Assembly (NCBI GenBank): GCA_038065555.1
Contig: JBBTQS010000001.1
Location: forward strand, 741-64,740
Direction: 5' to 3'
Source of the DNA: Patescibacteria group bacterium
GTDB taxonomy: Bacteria; Patescibacteriota; Patescibacteriia; Magasanikbacterales; JBBTQS01
Length of the DNA: 64,000 bases
How positions within the stretch are numbered: the first letter of the stretch is position 1; every line of letters begins with the position of its first letter. This document shows, in pieces, positions 29,376 to 37,544 of the stretch. The notes below the pieces were generated by a model. That model was not told where the DNA came from. It ran no database searches and saw only the letters and a list, made by a program, of their open reading frames with translations. The translations under genes and the position numbers were made by a program.

Positions 29376-30497
29376 ATGTTCCAAAGGCAAAATCGATTTG
29401 AACAGCAGCGTCGTGCAGAGATCCCAATGGGACCACGTCCTGTAGAACGCAGGGCTACACCTGAAGTCGCAAAACCCACCTTTCCAGAAAAATGTGAATT
29501 GTTGATTTCTCGTTACGAGAAGCAACGGCCAACTATTGAGGAGATCGCACATCATGCGCCAAGAGGGCTCTACACCCCTGCGGAAATTGAACAGCACCTC
29601 GCATATACGCAAAGATTGGAGAGTAAATTTCGTGGAGTGCCACAGACACCAGAGGATGTATCTATTTTGAAGCGATCACAGTTTGCTGAAGCATTTTTGG
29701 CAACGCGTATTGAGGATGAAGGTTGGTTTGGGGAAGAGTGTGTGGTTTTTGTAACTACGAGACATGATGATGTGGGTAACGGTGTTGATTTTGTTCTGGA
29801 GTGGCAGTCGGGAGATGAGGAGGATGTACAGCACTACCAGTTGGCGGTGGATGTTACCACCGCGACTTCCAGATCTATACTCGACGGGAAATCTAGCGCC
29901 ATAGCAGATTCTATTCGCGGCAAAGCAGGTGGACCTCGAGGGCCTAAGTATCTCTCAGAGGTCGCATATTATCGTTCACCACACACGGATGAGGTGCAAC
30001 GTCTCACCTTCTTACCCAAAGTGACAGTAGCATTATCACCAGACCAAGTGGATCGTGCGATTCACTTGGTTGGTGCGAAGCAGTCTATGTCACAGGCAGA
30101 GCAAAAGGAAATGGTGTTGCCCTTGATTGCTGAGACGCTAGCGCAATTACAAGAACAAGTAGTGATGGCAATACGAGAGGTCTGTAATAAGTACACAGCG
30201 TTTTTGCCTCTCGTTGGAGAAAAAGTAGCTACACCATTCTTACAAGAGTTAGCTGTGATAGGAGAGCAATTGCGTCACGCGGCAGCGACAGGAAAGGCTG
30301 AGGATCTTTTCGCAGTGTATGATGCATTTACGGAATTGACAGATGGTCCGTTGCGCGAGATACCAGTTCCAGAGGCGTACAAGGATTCTATTTTTGTGGT
30401 TCATGCACTTGTGCCTGTAACTGCTCGCGTGCATCAGGCATTCTTGGAACAGAAAAAGCGCTTCGCTCAACCAAGGTCGTTAACCAAGGGTAAGTAA
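29376..30497 (+). CDS. Hypothetical protein (CPR-type, DD.GNGVD...AVDVT motif)
   Basis: 373-aa ORF immediately after htrA; no recognised family. Confidence 0.7.
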   Translation: MFQRQNRFEQQRRAEIPMGPRPVERRATPEVAKPTFPEKCELLISRYEKQRPTIEEIAHHAPRGLYTPAEIEQHLAYTQRLESKFRGVPQTPEDVSILKRSQFAEAFLATRIEDEGWFGEECVVFVTTRHDDVGNGVDFVLEWQSGDEEDVQHYQLAVDVTTATSRSILDGKSSAIADSIRGKAGGPRGPKYLSEVAYYRSPHTDEVQRLTFLPKVTVALSPDQVDRAIHLVGAKQSMSQAEQKEMVLPLIAETLAQLQEQVVMAIREVCNKYTAFLPLVGEKVATPFLQELAVIGEQLRHAAATGKAEDLFAVYDAFTELTDGPLREIPVPEAYKDSIFVVHALVPVTARVHQAFLEQKKRFAQPRSLTKGK

Positions 30498-30523
30498 AGC
30501 GCTTTTGTCTCGGTGTTGCTCAC

Positions 30524-30628
30524 CTAGGTGAGTCCGAGAGCCTTGAGGTTGAGATCTCGCAGGCGTGAGCTGATGCTGCGCCGCCGGCTCGAACGGGGAA
30601 ATCGCGAAGTACGACGTGAACGATGCAT
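30524..30628 (-). CDS. Small Arg/Ser-rich peptide (34 aa, MHRSRRTSRFPRSSRRRSISSRLRDLNLKALGLT)
   Basis: Minus-strand TTGACA-N17-TATGGT promoter, SD GAGGAGG 5 nt before the ATG and a hairpin over the stop. Not in the ORF track. Confidence 0.6.
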   Translation of the reverse strand: MHRSRRTSRFPRSSRRRSISSRLRDLNLKALGLT

Positions 30629-30656
30629 GAGAACCTCCTCAGATCGTTGGGAGCAC

Positions 30657-30685
30657 ACCATAGCACATATTCAGCGTCTTGTCAA
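30657..30685 (-). promoter_or_regulatory. sigma70 promoter TTGACA-N17-TATGGT
   Basis: Direct read of the reverse complement; extended TG is present. Confidence 0.7.
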
Positions 30686-30699
30686 TCACCTCATTTTCT

Positions 30700-32082
30700 A
30701 TGAAACGCACCAAAATTGTTTGCACGATCGGCCCCTCTAGTAGCACCACTGCCACGCTTGTGAAGATGATAAAGGCGGGGATGAATGTGTGCCGCCTTAA
30801 TTTCTCGCACGGGACGTATGCGCAGCATCTCAAGCTCATGCGTGCGGTGCGCGCAGCAGCAAAGAAAACAGGCGAACCTGTGGCGCTCCTGCAGGACCTG
30901 TCAGGCCCCAAGATTCGTGTGGGCGAGCTCGGTGACGGCGTGACACTCACGCGTGGTGCAACTGCCGTGTTCTCGTGTGACACCAAGCCACGCAAGAACA
31001 CTATCCCTGTACAACTCCTCTCACTGTACAAAGACGTGAAGAAGGGTGATCGCATGTTGCTCGATGACGGACTGCTCGAAGTAGAAGTCACGCATGTCAA
31101 AGGCAAAGAGATCACAGCTATCGTACGAGTGGGCGGACTTCTCAAGAGTCACAAAGGGCTCAATGTTCCTAGTGCGCGTCTCTCGATCGACACCATTACA
31201 CCAAAGGACAAGAAGGATTTGCAATTTGGTCTCAAGAACGGTGTAGATATTGTTTCACTTTCCTTTGTGCGCAGTGCAGCAGATGTGCATCAGTTGCGAG
31301 CGCTGGTGAAACGCGGTCTTCCCAAGGGCGCACGCATGCCGCTGCTTGTTGCGAAGATCGAAATGCACGAAGCAGTCGAAGATCTCGATGCGATTATCGA
31401 GTCTGTGGATGCAGTAATGGTTGCGCGAGGAGATCTCGCACTCGAGATCGACAGCGCTCAAGTACCAATCATCCAGAAGACGATCATCAAGAAAGCAATC
31501 GAACAAAACCGTGCAGTTATCGTCGCAACAGAGATGCTCGGCAGCATGGTAACCAATCCTCGTCCCACACGCGCAGAGATCAGCGACGTAGCCAACGCTG
31601 TGATTGATCACACAGACGCCACAATGCTCTCTGGTGAGTCTGCAAGCGGCAAGTACCCCGTAGAAGCCGTCTCGATCATGGGACGCATTATTGCAGCAAC
31701 AGAGGACTCCGTATTTGATGACTACGTATTTGATGCAACACACCCACTGCCACATCACGAAGAGTTGGGCGCAGTGTCGTCGCTCCTGGCGCGCGTCACC
31801 ACCATCAGTGCCATCATGGTAGACAAGAGCGCTGCGCATCTTGCACCGATGATCCGCAGATTCCGCCCCGAACTTCCTATTATTGTGTCTGTCACCGATG
31901 CGGCACAGGCTCGACAGCTCAATCTCTATTGGGGTGTAGTACCGCGCGTGTTCCCAGGCAAGAATGAGTCACAGGCTATGCAACGATTTCTGCGCACACA
32001 CAAATTGGTCAAGAAAGGTGCGTCAGTTATTCTCTTCTCTCTCGTGCAAGGCGCACCAGAAGTGCGTGAAATCAAGCTCTAA
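30700..32082 (+). CDS. pyk: Pyruvate kinase
   Basis: 'RTKIVCTIGP', 'RLNFSHG', 'DLSGPKIRVG', 'AKIE', 'MVARGDL', 'PTRAEISDVANA', 'MLSGESA.GKYP'. Confidence 0.97.
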   Translation: MKRTKIVCTIGPSSSTTATLVKMIKAGMNVCRLNFSHGTYAQHLKLMRAVRAAAKKTGEPVALLQDLSGPKIRVGELGDGVTLTRGATAVFSCDTKPRKNTIPVQLLSLYKDVKKGDRMLLDDGLLEVEVTHVKGKEITAIVRVGGLLKSHKGLNVPSARLSIDTITPKDKKDLQFGLKNGVDIVSLSFVRSAADVHQLRALVKRGLPKGARMPLLVAKIEMHEAVEDLDAIIESVDAVMVARGDLALEIDSAQVPIIQKTIIKKAIEQNRAVIVATEMLGSMVTNPRPTRAEISDVANAVIDHTDATMLSGESASGKYPVEAVSIMGRIIAATEDSVFDDYVFDATHPLPHHEELGAVSSLLARVTTISAIMVDKSAAHLAPMIRRFRPELPIIVSVTDAAQARQLNLYWGVVPRVFPGKNESQAMQRFLRTHKLVKKGASVILFSLVQGAPEVREIKL

Positions 32083-32112
32083 ATTGGTTATCCACAGTGC
32101 GTGAACTAGTCT

Positions 32113-32128
32113 TTCGGTTTTGTTTCGG
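32113..32128 (+). promoter_or_regulatory. Putative LexA operator, direct repeat TTCGG-N6-TTCGG
   Basis: Direct repeat with 11-bp periodicity just upstream of the lexA -10 elements (tatact/tataat). Confidence 0.55.
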
Positions 32129-32155
32129 GTATACTACGGATATAATCAAATCCGT

Positions 32156-32764
32156 ATGCTTACCCCAAAGCAAAAAGCCATACTCGAGTACATCGTGAAC
32201 GCGAGTTTGCAGACTGGTTACGCGCCATCGCTGCCGGAGATTGCGAAGGAATTCGGACTCAAGTCTGTCGCAACGGTCCATGAGCATCTGACGACACTTG
32301 AGGCCAAGGGGTATATTCGTCGCAACCCGAATCAGCCGCGCGGTATTGAGCTCACGCGCCAATCTGCACGCACTGGCCGGACTATTTTGTTGCCGCTCTC
32401 GGGGTTCATTACGGCAGGACAACCTATTGAGGCACTCGAGACGCATGAGACATTCGCTGTCCCTGCGCAATTTGTTGTCGACAGCTTCAACTCATATGTA
32501 TTGCGCGTGCGTGGAGAGTCTATGATCGAGGAAGGGATCTTCGATGGAGATTATGTTGTAGTAGAGCGTAATCCATCGCCGAGTAATGGGGATGTTGTTG
32601 TTGCACTGCTCGACAATGCGTACGCAACACTCAAGAAGTTCTATCGCGAGAAGACGCGCATCAGATTGCAGCCAGCCAATCGCACAATGAAGCCGATTTA
32701 TGCGCGGCATGTGAACATTCAGGGGATTGTTCGCGCAGTAATTCGACGATTCGGCACTGCATGA
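32156..32764 (+). CDS. lexA: SOS repressor LexA
   Basis: wHTH 'LTPKQKAILEYI...PSLPEIA', Ala-Gly site 'TAGQP', 'VRGESM' and 'ATLKKF'. Confidence 0.96.
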   Translation: MLTPKQKAILEYIVNASLQTGYAPSLPEIAKEFGLKSVATVHEHLTTLEAKGYIRRNPNQPRGIELTRQSARTGRTILLPLSGFITAGQPIEALETHETFAVPAQFVVDSFNSYVLRVRGESMIEEGIFDGDYVVVERNPSPSNGDVVVALLDNAYATLKKFYREKTRIRLQPANRTMKPIYARHVNIQGIVRAVIRRFGTA

Positions 32765-32777
32765 AATTCTTTTGAAC

Positions 32778-32817
32778 GAAAAATACCGTGCGATACATGG
32801 CCGCCCCGGTATTTTTC
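32778..32817 (+). terminator. Hairpin/terminator between lexA and dinB
   Basis: Inverted repeat gaaaaataccg...cggtatttttc. Confidence 0.5.
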
Positions 32818-32900
32818 TGTCCCAAGTGAATTGTGACATTCGAAAGTATATAAGAGAGCGCGCGGTCCATCAAGAAAAATTTGTGGATAACTCACATCGT

Positions 32901-34097
32901 ATGATCATGCACATCGACATGAATTCTTTTTTTGCGTCTGTTGAACAACAATTGGATCCGTCGTTGCGCGGCAAACCAGTGGTTGTACTTGCGTATGTTG
33001 CACCACGTGGTTGCGTACTCGCATCTTCAATCGAAGCAAAGCGTCTCTATGGTATCAAGACAGGCATGACCTATGCCGAAGCACTCGAGCGCTGTCCGCA
33101 CGTCATCGCGCGTGCAAGTAATGCTGCGAAGTATCGTGAGTACTCCCAGAAGTTCATTGCGCTTTGTCGCACGTACTCGCCAGCGATTGAACAGTACAGT
33201 ATTGATGAGGCGTTCCTCGATATTGATTGGGCTGCACGAAATCTCCAGGACGCAGTTGGACTTGCGAAGGAGTTCAAGCAACGATTGCATGACGAGGTGG
33301 GTGAGTGGATTCGTTGCAGTATTGGTATTGCGCCCACGCGATTCCTCAGCAAGCTCGCAGGAGACTCCATGAAGCCTGATGGACTCACCGTACTCACGAA
33401 GGATGATTTGCCTGCGTGGTATGTAGGACGGGAAGTGCAAAGTGCATGGGGGATCGGTGGAGCGAGCGCGCGCAAGTTGCGCGAATCGGGGATCAACACA
33501 CTGGATCAGTTGTATGCCGCAGATCCAGTGCAACTCGTGCGCCTCTTTGGACGCACCGGATATGGATGGTGGGCGAAGTTGCGCGGTGTGGAGTTCGAAG
33601 AGCTCGACACAGATCGCGTCGCAGATCAGAAATCTATCAGCGCGCAATACTCATTACCATTTCGCACCCGTGACGCGCGCGCACTGCGTCCTGTGCTCAT
33701 GAAGATGTGCGAGCGCGTAGGACGACGGTTGCGTCAGCAGAACAAGATTGCAGGACGAGTCTTCGTCTTTTGGCGCAACTGGGATGGGAGCGGGGATGCG
33801 GCACATGCAGATAGTGTTCCGGCGGTAGAGGATTCATTCGCGCTTTTTACTCTGGCCTCCAGGATGCTCGGCGCTACCAGGCCGTTGTCTCCATTTCGTC
33901 TCATTGGTATTGGGGTTTCACGTCTTGCACCACGGGGGACACAAGAGAGCTTGTTCGAGCCAGTGCGGGTGGAGTCTATTATTCCTGCGTTAGATAGGCT
34001 CAATGACCGTTATGGGGAGTACACCGTGTACCGCGGAGCCATGGCTGGCGTGCGGGAATTGGTCCCGGAGACTGCCGGATTTCGCAAAACCGCCTAA
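32901..34097 (+). CDS. dinB: DNA polymerase IV (Y family)
   Basis: 'MHIDMNSFFASVEQ', 'SIEAK..GIKTGM', 'YSIDEAFLD', 'SKLAGD.MKPDG', 'WGIG'. Confidence 0.93.
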   Translation: MIMHIDMNSFFASVEQQLDPSLRGKPVVVLAYVAPRGCVLASSIEAKRLYGIKTGMTYAEALERCPHVIARASNAAKYREYSQKFIALCRTYSPAIEQYSIDEAFLDIDWAARNLQDAVGLAKEFKQRLHDEVGEWIRCSIGIAPTRFLSKLAGDSMKPDGLTVLTKDDLPAWYVGREVQSAWGIGGASARKLRESGINTLDQLYAADPVQLVRLFGRTGYGWWAKLRGVEFEELDTDRVADQKSISAQYSLPFRTRDARALRPVLMKMCERVGRRLRQQNKIAGRVFVFWRNWDGSGDAAHADSVPAVEDSFALFTLASRMLGATRPLSPFRLIGIGVSRLAPRGTQESLFEPVRVESIIPALDRLNDRYGEYTVYRGAMAGVRELVPETAGFRKTA

Positions 34098-34128
34098 AAA
34101 AGCCTTATTTTGTGCCTTCTCACAGCTC

Positions 34129-34157
34129 TTGACAGGATTTGAGATATCTGATATGGT
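34129..34157 (+). promoter_or_regulatory. sigma70 promoter TTGACA-N17-TATGGT
   Basis: Direct read; lies ~250 nt upstream of the lipoprotein ATG. Confidence 0.7.
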
Positions 34158-34163
34158 GCTCAC

Positions 34164-34390
34164 TCGACGTCACGACATTGTCGCGACGCCGTGTTGAACA
34201 TTGCAAATTCTGCTCAACATCATTTGATAGGCACGCGACACATGTGTTCCACCACATGCATATGTGGCGCGCGCCTATCGATTTGGGGATTTCCTCATCG
34301 AACCGGCAATGGCGCGCGTCTGGTCCCGCAGTGGGGCCAGTGCACGACTGGAATGTGGATTACCGCGAACGCAATGAGGTGTTCGCGCTT
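34164..34390 (+). ncRNA. Putative structured 5' leader or ncRNA (about six consecutive hairpins)
   Basis: Hairpins cgtcacgaca/tgtcgcgacg, tgttgaaca/tgctcaaca, gataggcacgcg/cgcgcgcctatc, ctggtccc/ggggccag and cgcgaacgc/gtgttcgcg. Confidence 0.4.
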
Positions 34391-34405
34391 GAGGAGAGTA
34401 TCCCG

Positions 34406-35353
34406 ATGAAGAGCAAGATGATGAAGAACGGCGCCATGTTGGCGTTCCTGTGCCTGTTCGCCGTCGCCTGCGGCAGCGATCCCTCGGCCACCGGCGCGAT
34501 CGGCTCCCCGCCGACCGCGACCAACGACGAGTGCCCCTCCGGGGAGTGCAACAGCGGCACCAACCTGGCCACCAACGAGATCGCGCTGCAAGGCGTCGAT
34601 TGCGCGGGTGAGACGCCGGAAGAGGCCGACGCGATGTGCGCCGAGGCTCTGGACGCGGCCATGCTGAGTGGTCAAGTCCAAGGCATCTGCGTGGACGAAG
34701 GTTCAGCGCGCTGCGGCGAGGGGTCCTGTTGGATCACCGTCGAGCTCGGCTGCTTCGTCGAAGAGTGCAAGGTGCCCGAGGAGTGCGACGACGGCAACCC
34801 CTGCACGGCGGACTTCTGTCTGTCGAGCAACACGTGCTACAACCCGGCGGCGGTCAATGACGGCATGTCATGCGACGACGGCGACGCGTGTACGGAAGGC
34901 GACGCGTGTGAGGCTGGCTCCTGTTCGTGGAGCACGCCGAAGAACTGTGCGGACGGCAACGTCTGCGACGGTATGGAGACCTGTTCGTCGCCCAGCGGAG
35001 CGTGCATCGAAGGCACTCCGCCGGTCGTCGACGACGGCAACACCTGCACGACGGACTCGTGCGATCCGGTGACGGGCGTCACGAACACGCCGCTCGCGGA
35101 CGGGACCGGCTGCATGACCGACGAGCACGGCTGCACGACGCAGCAGTGCTGGGACGGTGCGTGCAAGGTGACGTCCAAGGACGACGCCGCCTGCGCCGAC
35201 GACAACACCTGCACGCTCGACTACTGCCACTCGGTCGACGGGTGCAAGTGGACGAGCCTCGCCGGTTCGGTCTGCGGGGAGAACATGACGTGCATGGAGG
35301 CGGCCGAAGAGGGAGCCGCTCCCATTTGCACCGAAGACCTCCCCCCGGCCTGA
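34406..35353 (+). CDS. GC-rich Cys-repeat lipoprotein (Dictyostelium/myxobacterial-type CDDGN.CT.D repeats)
   Basis: SD gaggag, lipobox 'FAVAC' and repeats 'CDDGNPCTADFC', 'CDDGDACTEGDAC', 'DDGNTCTTDSC', 'DDNTCTLDYC'. Confidence 0.8.
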   Translation: MKSKMMKNGAMLAFLCLFAVACGSDPSATGAIGSPPTATNDECPSGECNSGTNLATNEIALQGVDCAGETPEEADAMCAEALDAAMLSGQVQGICVDEGSARCGEGSCWITVELGCFVEECKVPEECDDGNPCTADFCLSSNTCYNPAAVNDGMSCDDGDACTEGDACEAGSCSWSTPKNCADGNVCDGMETCSSPSGACIEGTPPVVDDGNTCTTDSCDPVTGVTNTPLADGTGCMTDEHGCTTQQCWDGACKVTSKDDAACADDNTCTLDYCHSVDGCKWTSLAGSVCGENMTCMEAAEEGAAPICTEDLPPA

Positions 35354-35422
35354 AGCCCTGCAACGAGTGAGTGATCCGGCGTGACAACGCCGGGCACTCA
35401 CCCGAAGTAGCGGTGGTCGATT

Positions 35423-35483
35423 AACCCCCGAAGTGTATATCGTGTCAAAACTGACACGAAGACACTTTGGGGGTTCTTTTTTT
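35423..35483 (+). terminator. Long-stem intrinsic terminator
   Basis: aacccccgaagtgt...acactttgggggtt with inner tcgtgtca/tgacacga, followed by a T-run. Confidence 0.75.
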
Positions 35484-35521
35484 ATCCACATTTTGCAACT
35501 ATAAATAAAAGGTTTTTGCTC

Positions 35522-35550
35522 TGGACAGGGAAGGGGCTTTGCGTTATAGT
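35522..35550 (+). promoter_or_regulatory. tRNA promoter TGGACA-N17-TATAGT
   Basis: Near-consensus sigma70 elements ~105 nt before the tRNA. Confidence 0.6.
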
Positions 35551-35657
35551 AGGCCTCGTTAGCGATGTGTGACGCAGTGGGACCTGTCTGGCTTCGCCAG
35601 ACCGATCCTTCTCGCTCAGGAATGCTTGGCCTTCGGCCTGCATTCTACTCGCTCGTC

Positions 35658-35731
35658 GGACCGGTAGTTCAGCTGGTTAGAATGCCGCCCTGTCACGGCG
35701 GAGGTCGCGGGTTCGAGTCCCGTCCGGTCCG
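35658..35731 (+). tRNA. tRNA-Asp(GUC), CCA not encoded
   Basis: Acceptor stem GGACCGG/CCGGTCC, D arm GTTCAGCTGGTTAGAAT, anticodon arm CCGCC-CTGTCAC-GGCGG and T loop GTTCGAGTC. Confidence 0.97.
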
Positions 35732-35738
35732 CACATGT

Positions 35739-35762
35739 GTCCACCCGAGAGGGTGGACTTTT
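35739..35762 (+). terminator. tRNA terminator
   Basis: gtccaccc-gaga-gggtggac followed by TTTT. Confidence 0.8.
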
Positions 35763-35771
35763 GCTTTGTTG

Positions 35772-36261
35772 ATTGCTCGGACGAGACTACGATCGAAGGC
35801 AACGTGGAAATGGATGAGGCTTTTATTGGCGGACGTTCAGATAGAGCACACAAGGTTACATCCAAAACCATTGTAATTGCCGCTCTAGAACGTGAGGGGG
35901 ATTTGCGAGCGCAGACGAGCCAGATACCACTGCTTCATCTATCGGTTAATTTTTGCGGGACGATATAGAAAAGGAAGAAACTCGTTTGTTCACGGACAAG
36001 AGTAATAGTTATGGACGCACAGGTAAGGAGTACGATCGCTTCTCCGTCAATCACTCACGAGGCGAGTACGTTCGTGGTGATGTGTATGTAAACAATGTGG
36101 AGAGCTTTTGGTCTCATTTCAAGCGTAGCCTTACAGGAACGCACAAGACTATTTCGAAGAAGTATTTGCAGACGTATTTGGACGGGTTTGTTTTCCATTA
36201 TAACAACCGACACAGCGACAGACTGCGCTTTGAGACTTTGCTCGGTGCTTTGGTGAGATAA
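35772..36261 (+). pseudogene. IS1595-family (ISXO2-like DDE) transposase remnant, 5'-truncated and frameshifted
   Basis: 'EGNVEMDEAFIGG' in one frame; 'LFTDKSNSY', 'VNHSRGEYVRGDVYVNNVESFWSHFKR...H..ISKKYLQTYLD.F.F.YNNR' in another. The Zn-ribbon/HTH N-terminus is missing. Confidence 0.88.
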
Positions 36262-36351
36262 CGCGACGGAGGGTGGAAAGAAATGAGGTTTTAGTATTGT
36301 TGTTGGCCATATAGAGGCATGGTATAGTAACGATGAAGTAAGGACAATTTT

Positions 36352-36579
36352 ATGGCCATAGAACTAACGTTTCCTAAAGATGATGAGATGGACGCCCACA
36401 TTGACAATGGGCATCTTGTTGCATTAAGAAAAATAGCGACTGATTACAACCTCAAAAGTGAAAAAGAAGCACTGAGTTTCTTGCTTGCTATTATATCACA
36501 AGCAAATGGCTTACCTATCGAAATAAATGGTAGCAAATATTTGCCTTCTGATTCGCTTAAAAAGGAACAGCCAAAATAG
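36352..36579 (+). CDS. Hypothetical protein (IS passenger)
   Basis: 75 aa, SD aagga, upstream tggtatagt -10, AT-rich. Confidence 0.65.
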   Translation: MAIELTFPKDDEMDAHIDNGHLVALRKIATDYNLKSEKEALSFLLAIISQANGLPIEINGSKYLPSDSLKKEQPK

Positions 36580-36580
36580 T

Positions 36581-36829
36581 ATGGCGAAAGGAGATTTTGA
36601 TGCGCCCGGTGAGCTAAAAAGAATCGAGGACGCAAATGAAGGTGTTAATTTTGATAAGAAGGTTGGAGAATCGGTACGGAGATCTACAGACGTACAAACG
36701 CAAATTAAGGCCGTTGTTTGGTGTTTGCTAAAAGAAAAGATAATCTGGATTGTTCTTGGTGCATCAGCTTTTGCTGTGCTAGAAATTTTGAAAGAATTGG
36801 GTACAGCTTTAATAAAAAAAATACCGTAA
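36581..36829 (+). CDS. Hypothetical protein with C-terminal TM helix (IS passenger)
   Basis: ATG 1 nt after the previous stop; 82 aa; hydrophobic 'IIWIVLGASAFAVL'. Confidence 0.6.
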   Translation: MAKGDFDAPGELKRIEDANEGVNFDKKVGESVRRSTDVQTQIKAVVWCLLKEKIIWIVLGASAFAVLEILKELGTALIKKIP

Positions 36830-36854
36830 AATTTTTATTCTCAATTGTGTCCCT

Positions 36855-37055
36855 ATGTACTGGAAAGTTTTGGCAACCACCGCACTCCTTTTTGCAGTCC
36901 TTTCTGCCTGCTTTTCTGCATACATTGCGGTAAAAAAATACGATTTAAGCGTACTCGATGCTGCGACAATAAGATGCTCTCAAGCATTCAACGGTGCGAA
37001 TTTAGAGTTCTGTGTAAAAGTCATGGTGGAACAACGTATCTTGATGAATCGGTAG
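36855..37055 (+). CDS. Small hypothetical membrane/secreted protein
   Basis: 66 aa with an N-terminal hydrophobic helix and a Cys pair. Confidence 0.5.
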   Translation: MYWKVLATTALLFAVLSACFSAYIAVKKYDLSVLDAATIRCSQAFNGANLEFCVKVMVEQRILMNR

Positions 37056-37096
37056 CAAAGGTGACTCACACTTGTGTTTGGGTGTTGACAAACATC

Positions 37097-37126
37097 TTGC
37101 AACCCAGAGTCGACATGGTGTACAAT
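37097..37126 (+). promoter_or_regulatory. sigma70-like promoter TTGCAA-N18-TACAAT
   Basis: Direct read; sits upstream of the structured RNA. Confidence 0.55.
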
Positions 37127-37202
37127 CAATACAGATCAGTGTGAATTCAATTCTCTGTTTCTAGCCAGAGAGAGCGTCATTCAATCCAATGCACACGGAT
37201 TG

Positions 37203-37308
37203 ACCATCAAGAGTGCTACCTTGCCGAAACGAAAGTTTCGTCAGGTGCTAGAACCACTGCTGACGGACTGTGAAAGCAGACGTAGGCAGGGTAGACGCTC
37301 TTGGTGGT
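37203..37308 (+). ncRNA. Structured four-way-junction RNA (C4/CI-antisense-like or attenuator)
   Basis: 23-bp closing stem with G-U pairs on the + strand enclosing three hairpins, two capped by GAAA tetraloops; followed by a U-rich tract. Confidence 0.65.
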
Positions 37309-37381
37309 TTTTATTATCTGCTTAGCAAATCAGTTCTCTGCACCAGCTGGTCAATGCTAAGTACCAGATAACGAGACACGT

Positions 37382-37537
37382 ATGACAAAGATTTGTCGTC
37401 CGTGGATCACCTTGCGCAACGGGAAGCGGCTTTACGCATCCCAGCGAGGCAAGCGTGTGTTCTGCTTCTTTGTTGAGGACAAAATCCTCGATAAAAAAGA
37501 AGAACCAGTGGTTACCGCCACTGATCCCGCCATTTAG
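37382..37537 (+). CDS. Small basic protein (51 aa, MTKICRPWITLRNGKRLYASQRGKRVFCFFVEDK...)
   Basis: Lies between the structured leader and a terminator. Shows a beta-hairpin basic/aromatic pattern. Below the ORF-track cutoff. Confidence 0.6.
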   Translation: MTKICRPWITLRNGKRLYASQRGKRVFCFFVEDKILDKKEEPVVTATDPAI

Positions 37538-37544
37538 CGATGGT

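Noticed and set aside
30510-30660. 6S or SRP RNA on the + strand (ends ggtgttgctc/gagcacacc can pair)
   Set aside because: No SRP domain-IV motif is present. The minus-strand promoter, SD and ORF explain the region better, though a cmscan is needed to exclude it fully.
32088-35490. oriC suggested by DnaA boxes
   Set aside because: Only three isolated perfect boxes over 3.4 kb, with no cluster, no DUE and no dnaA nearby.
35900-35970. Programmed frameshift in the IS1595 transposase
   Set aside because: No slippery heptamer, and the N-terminus is also missing, so decay is the simpler explanation.
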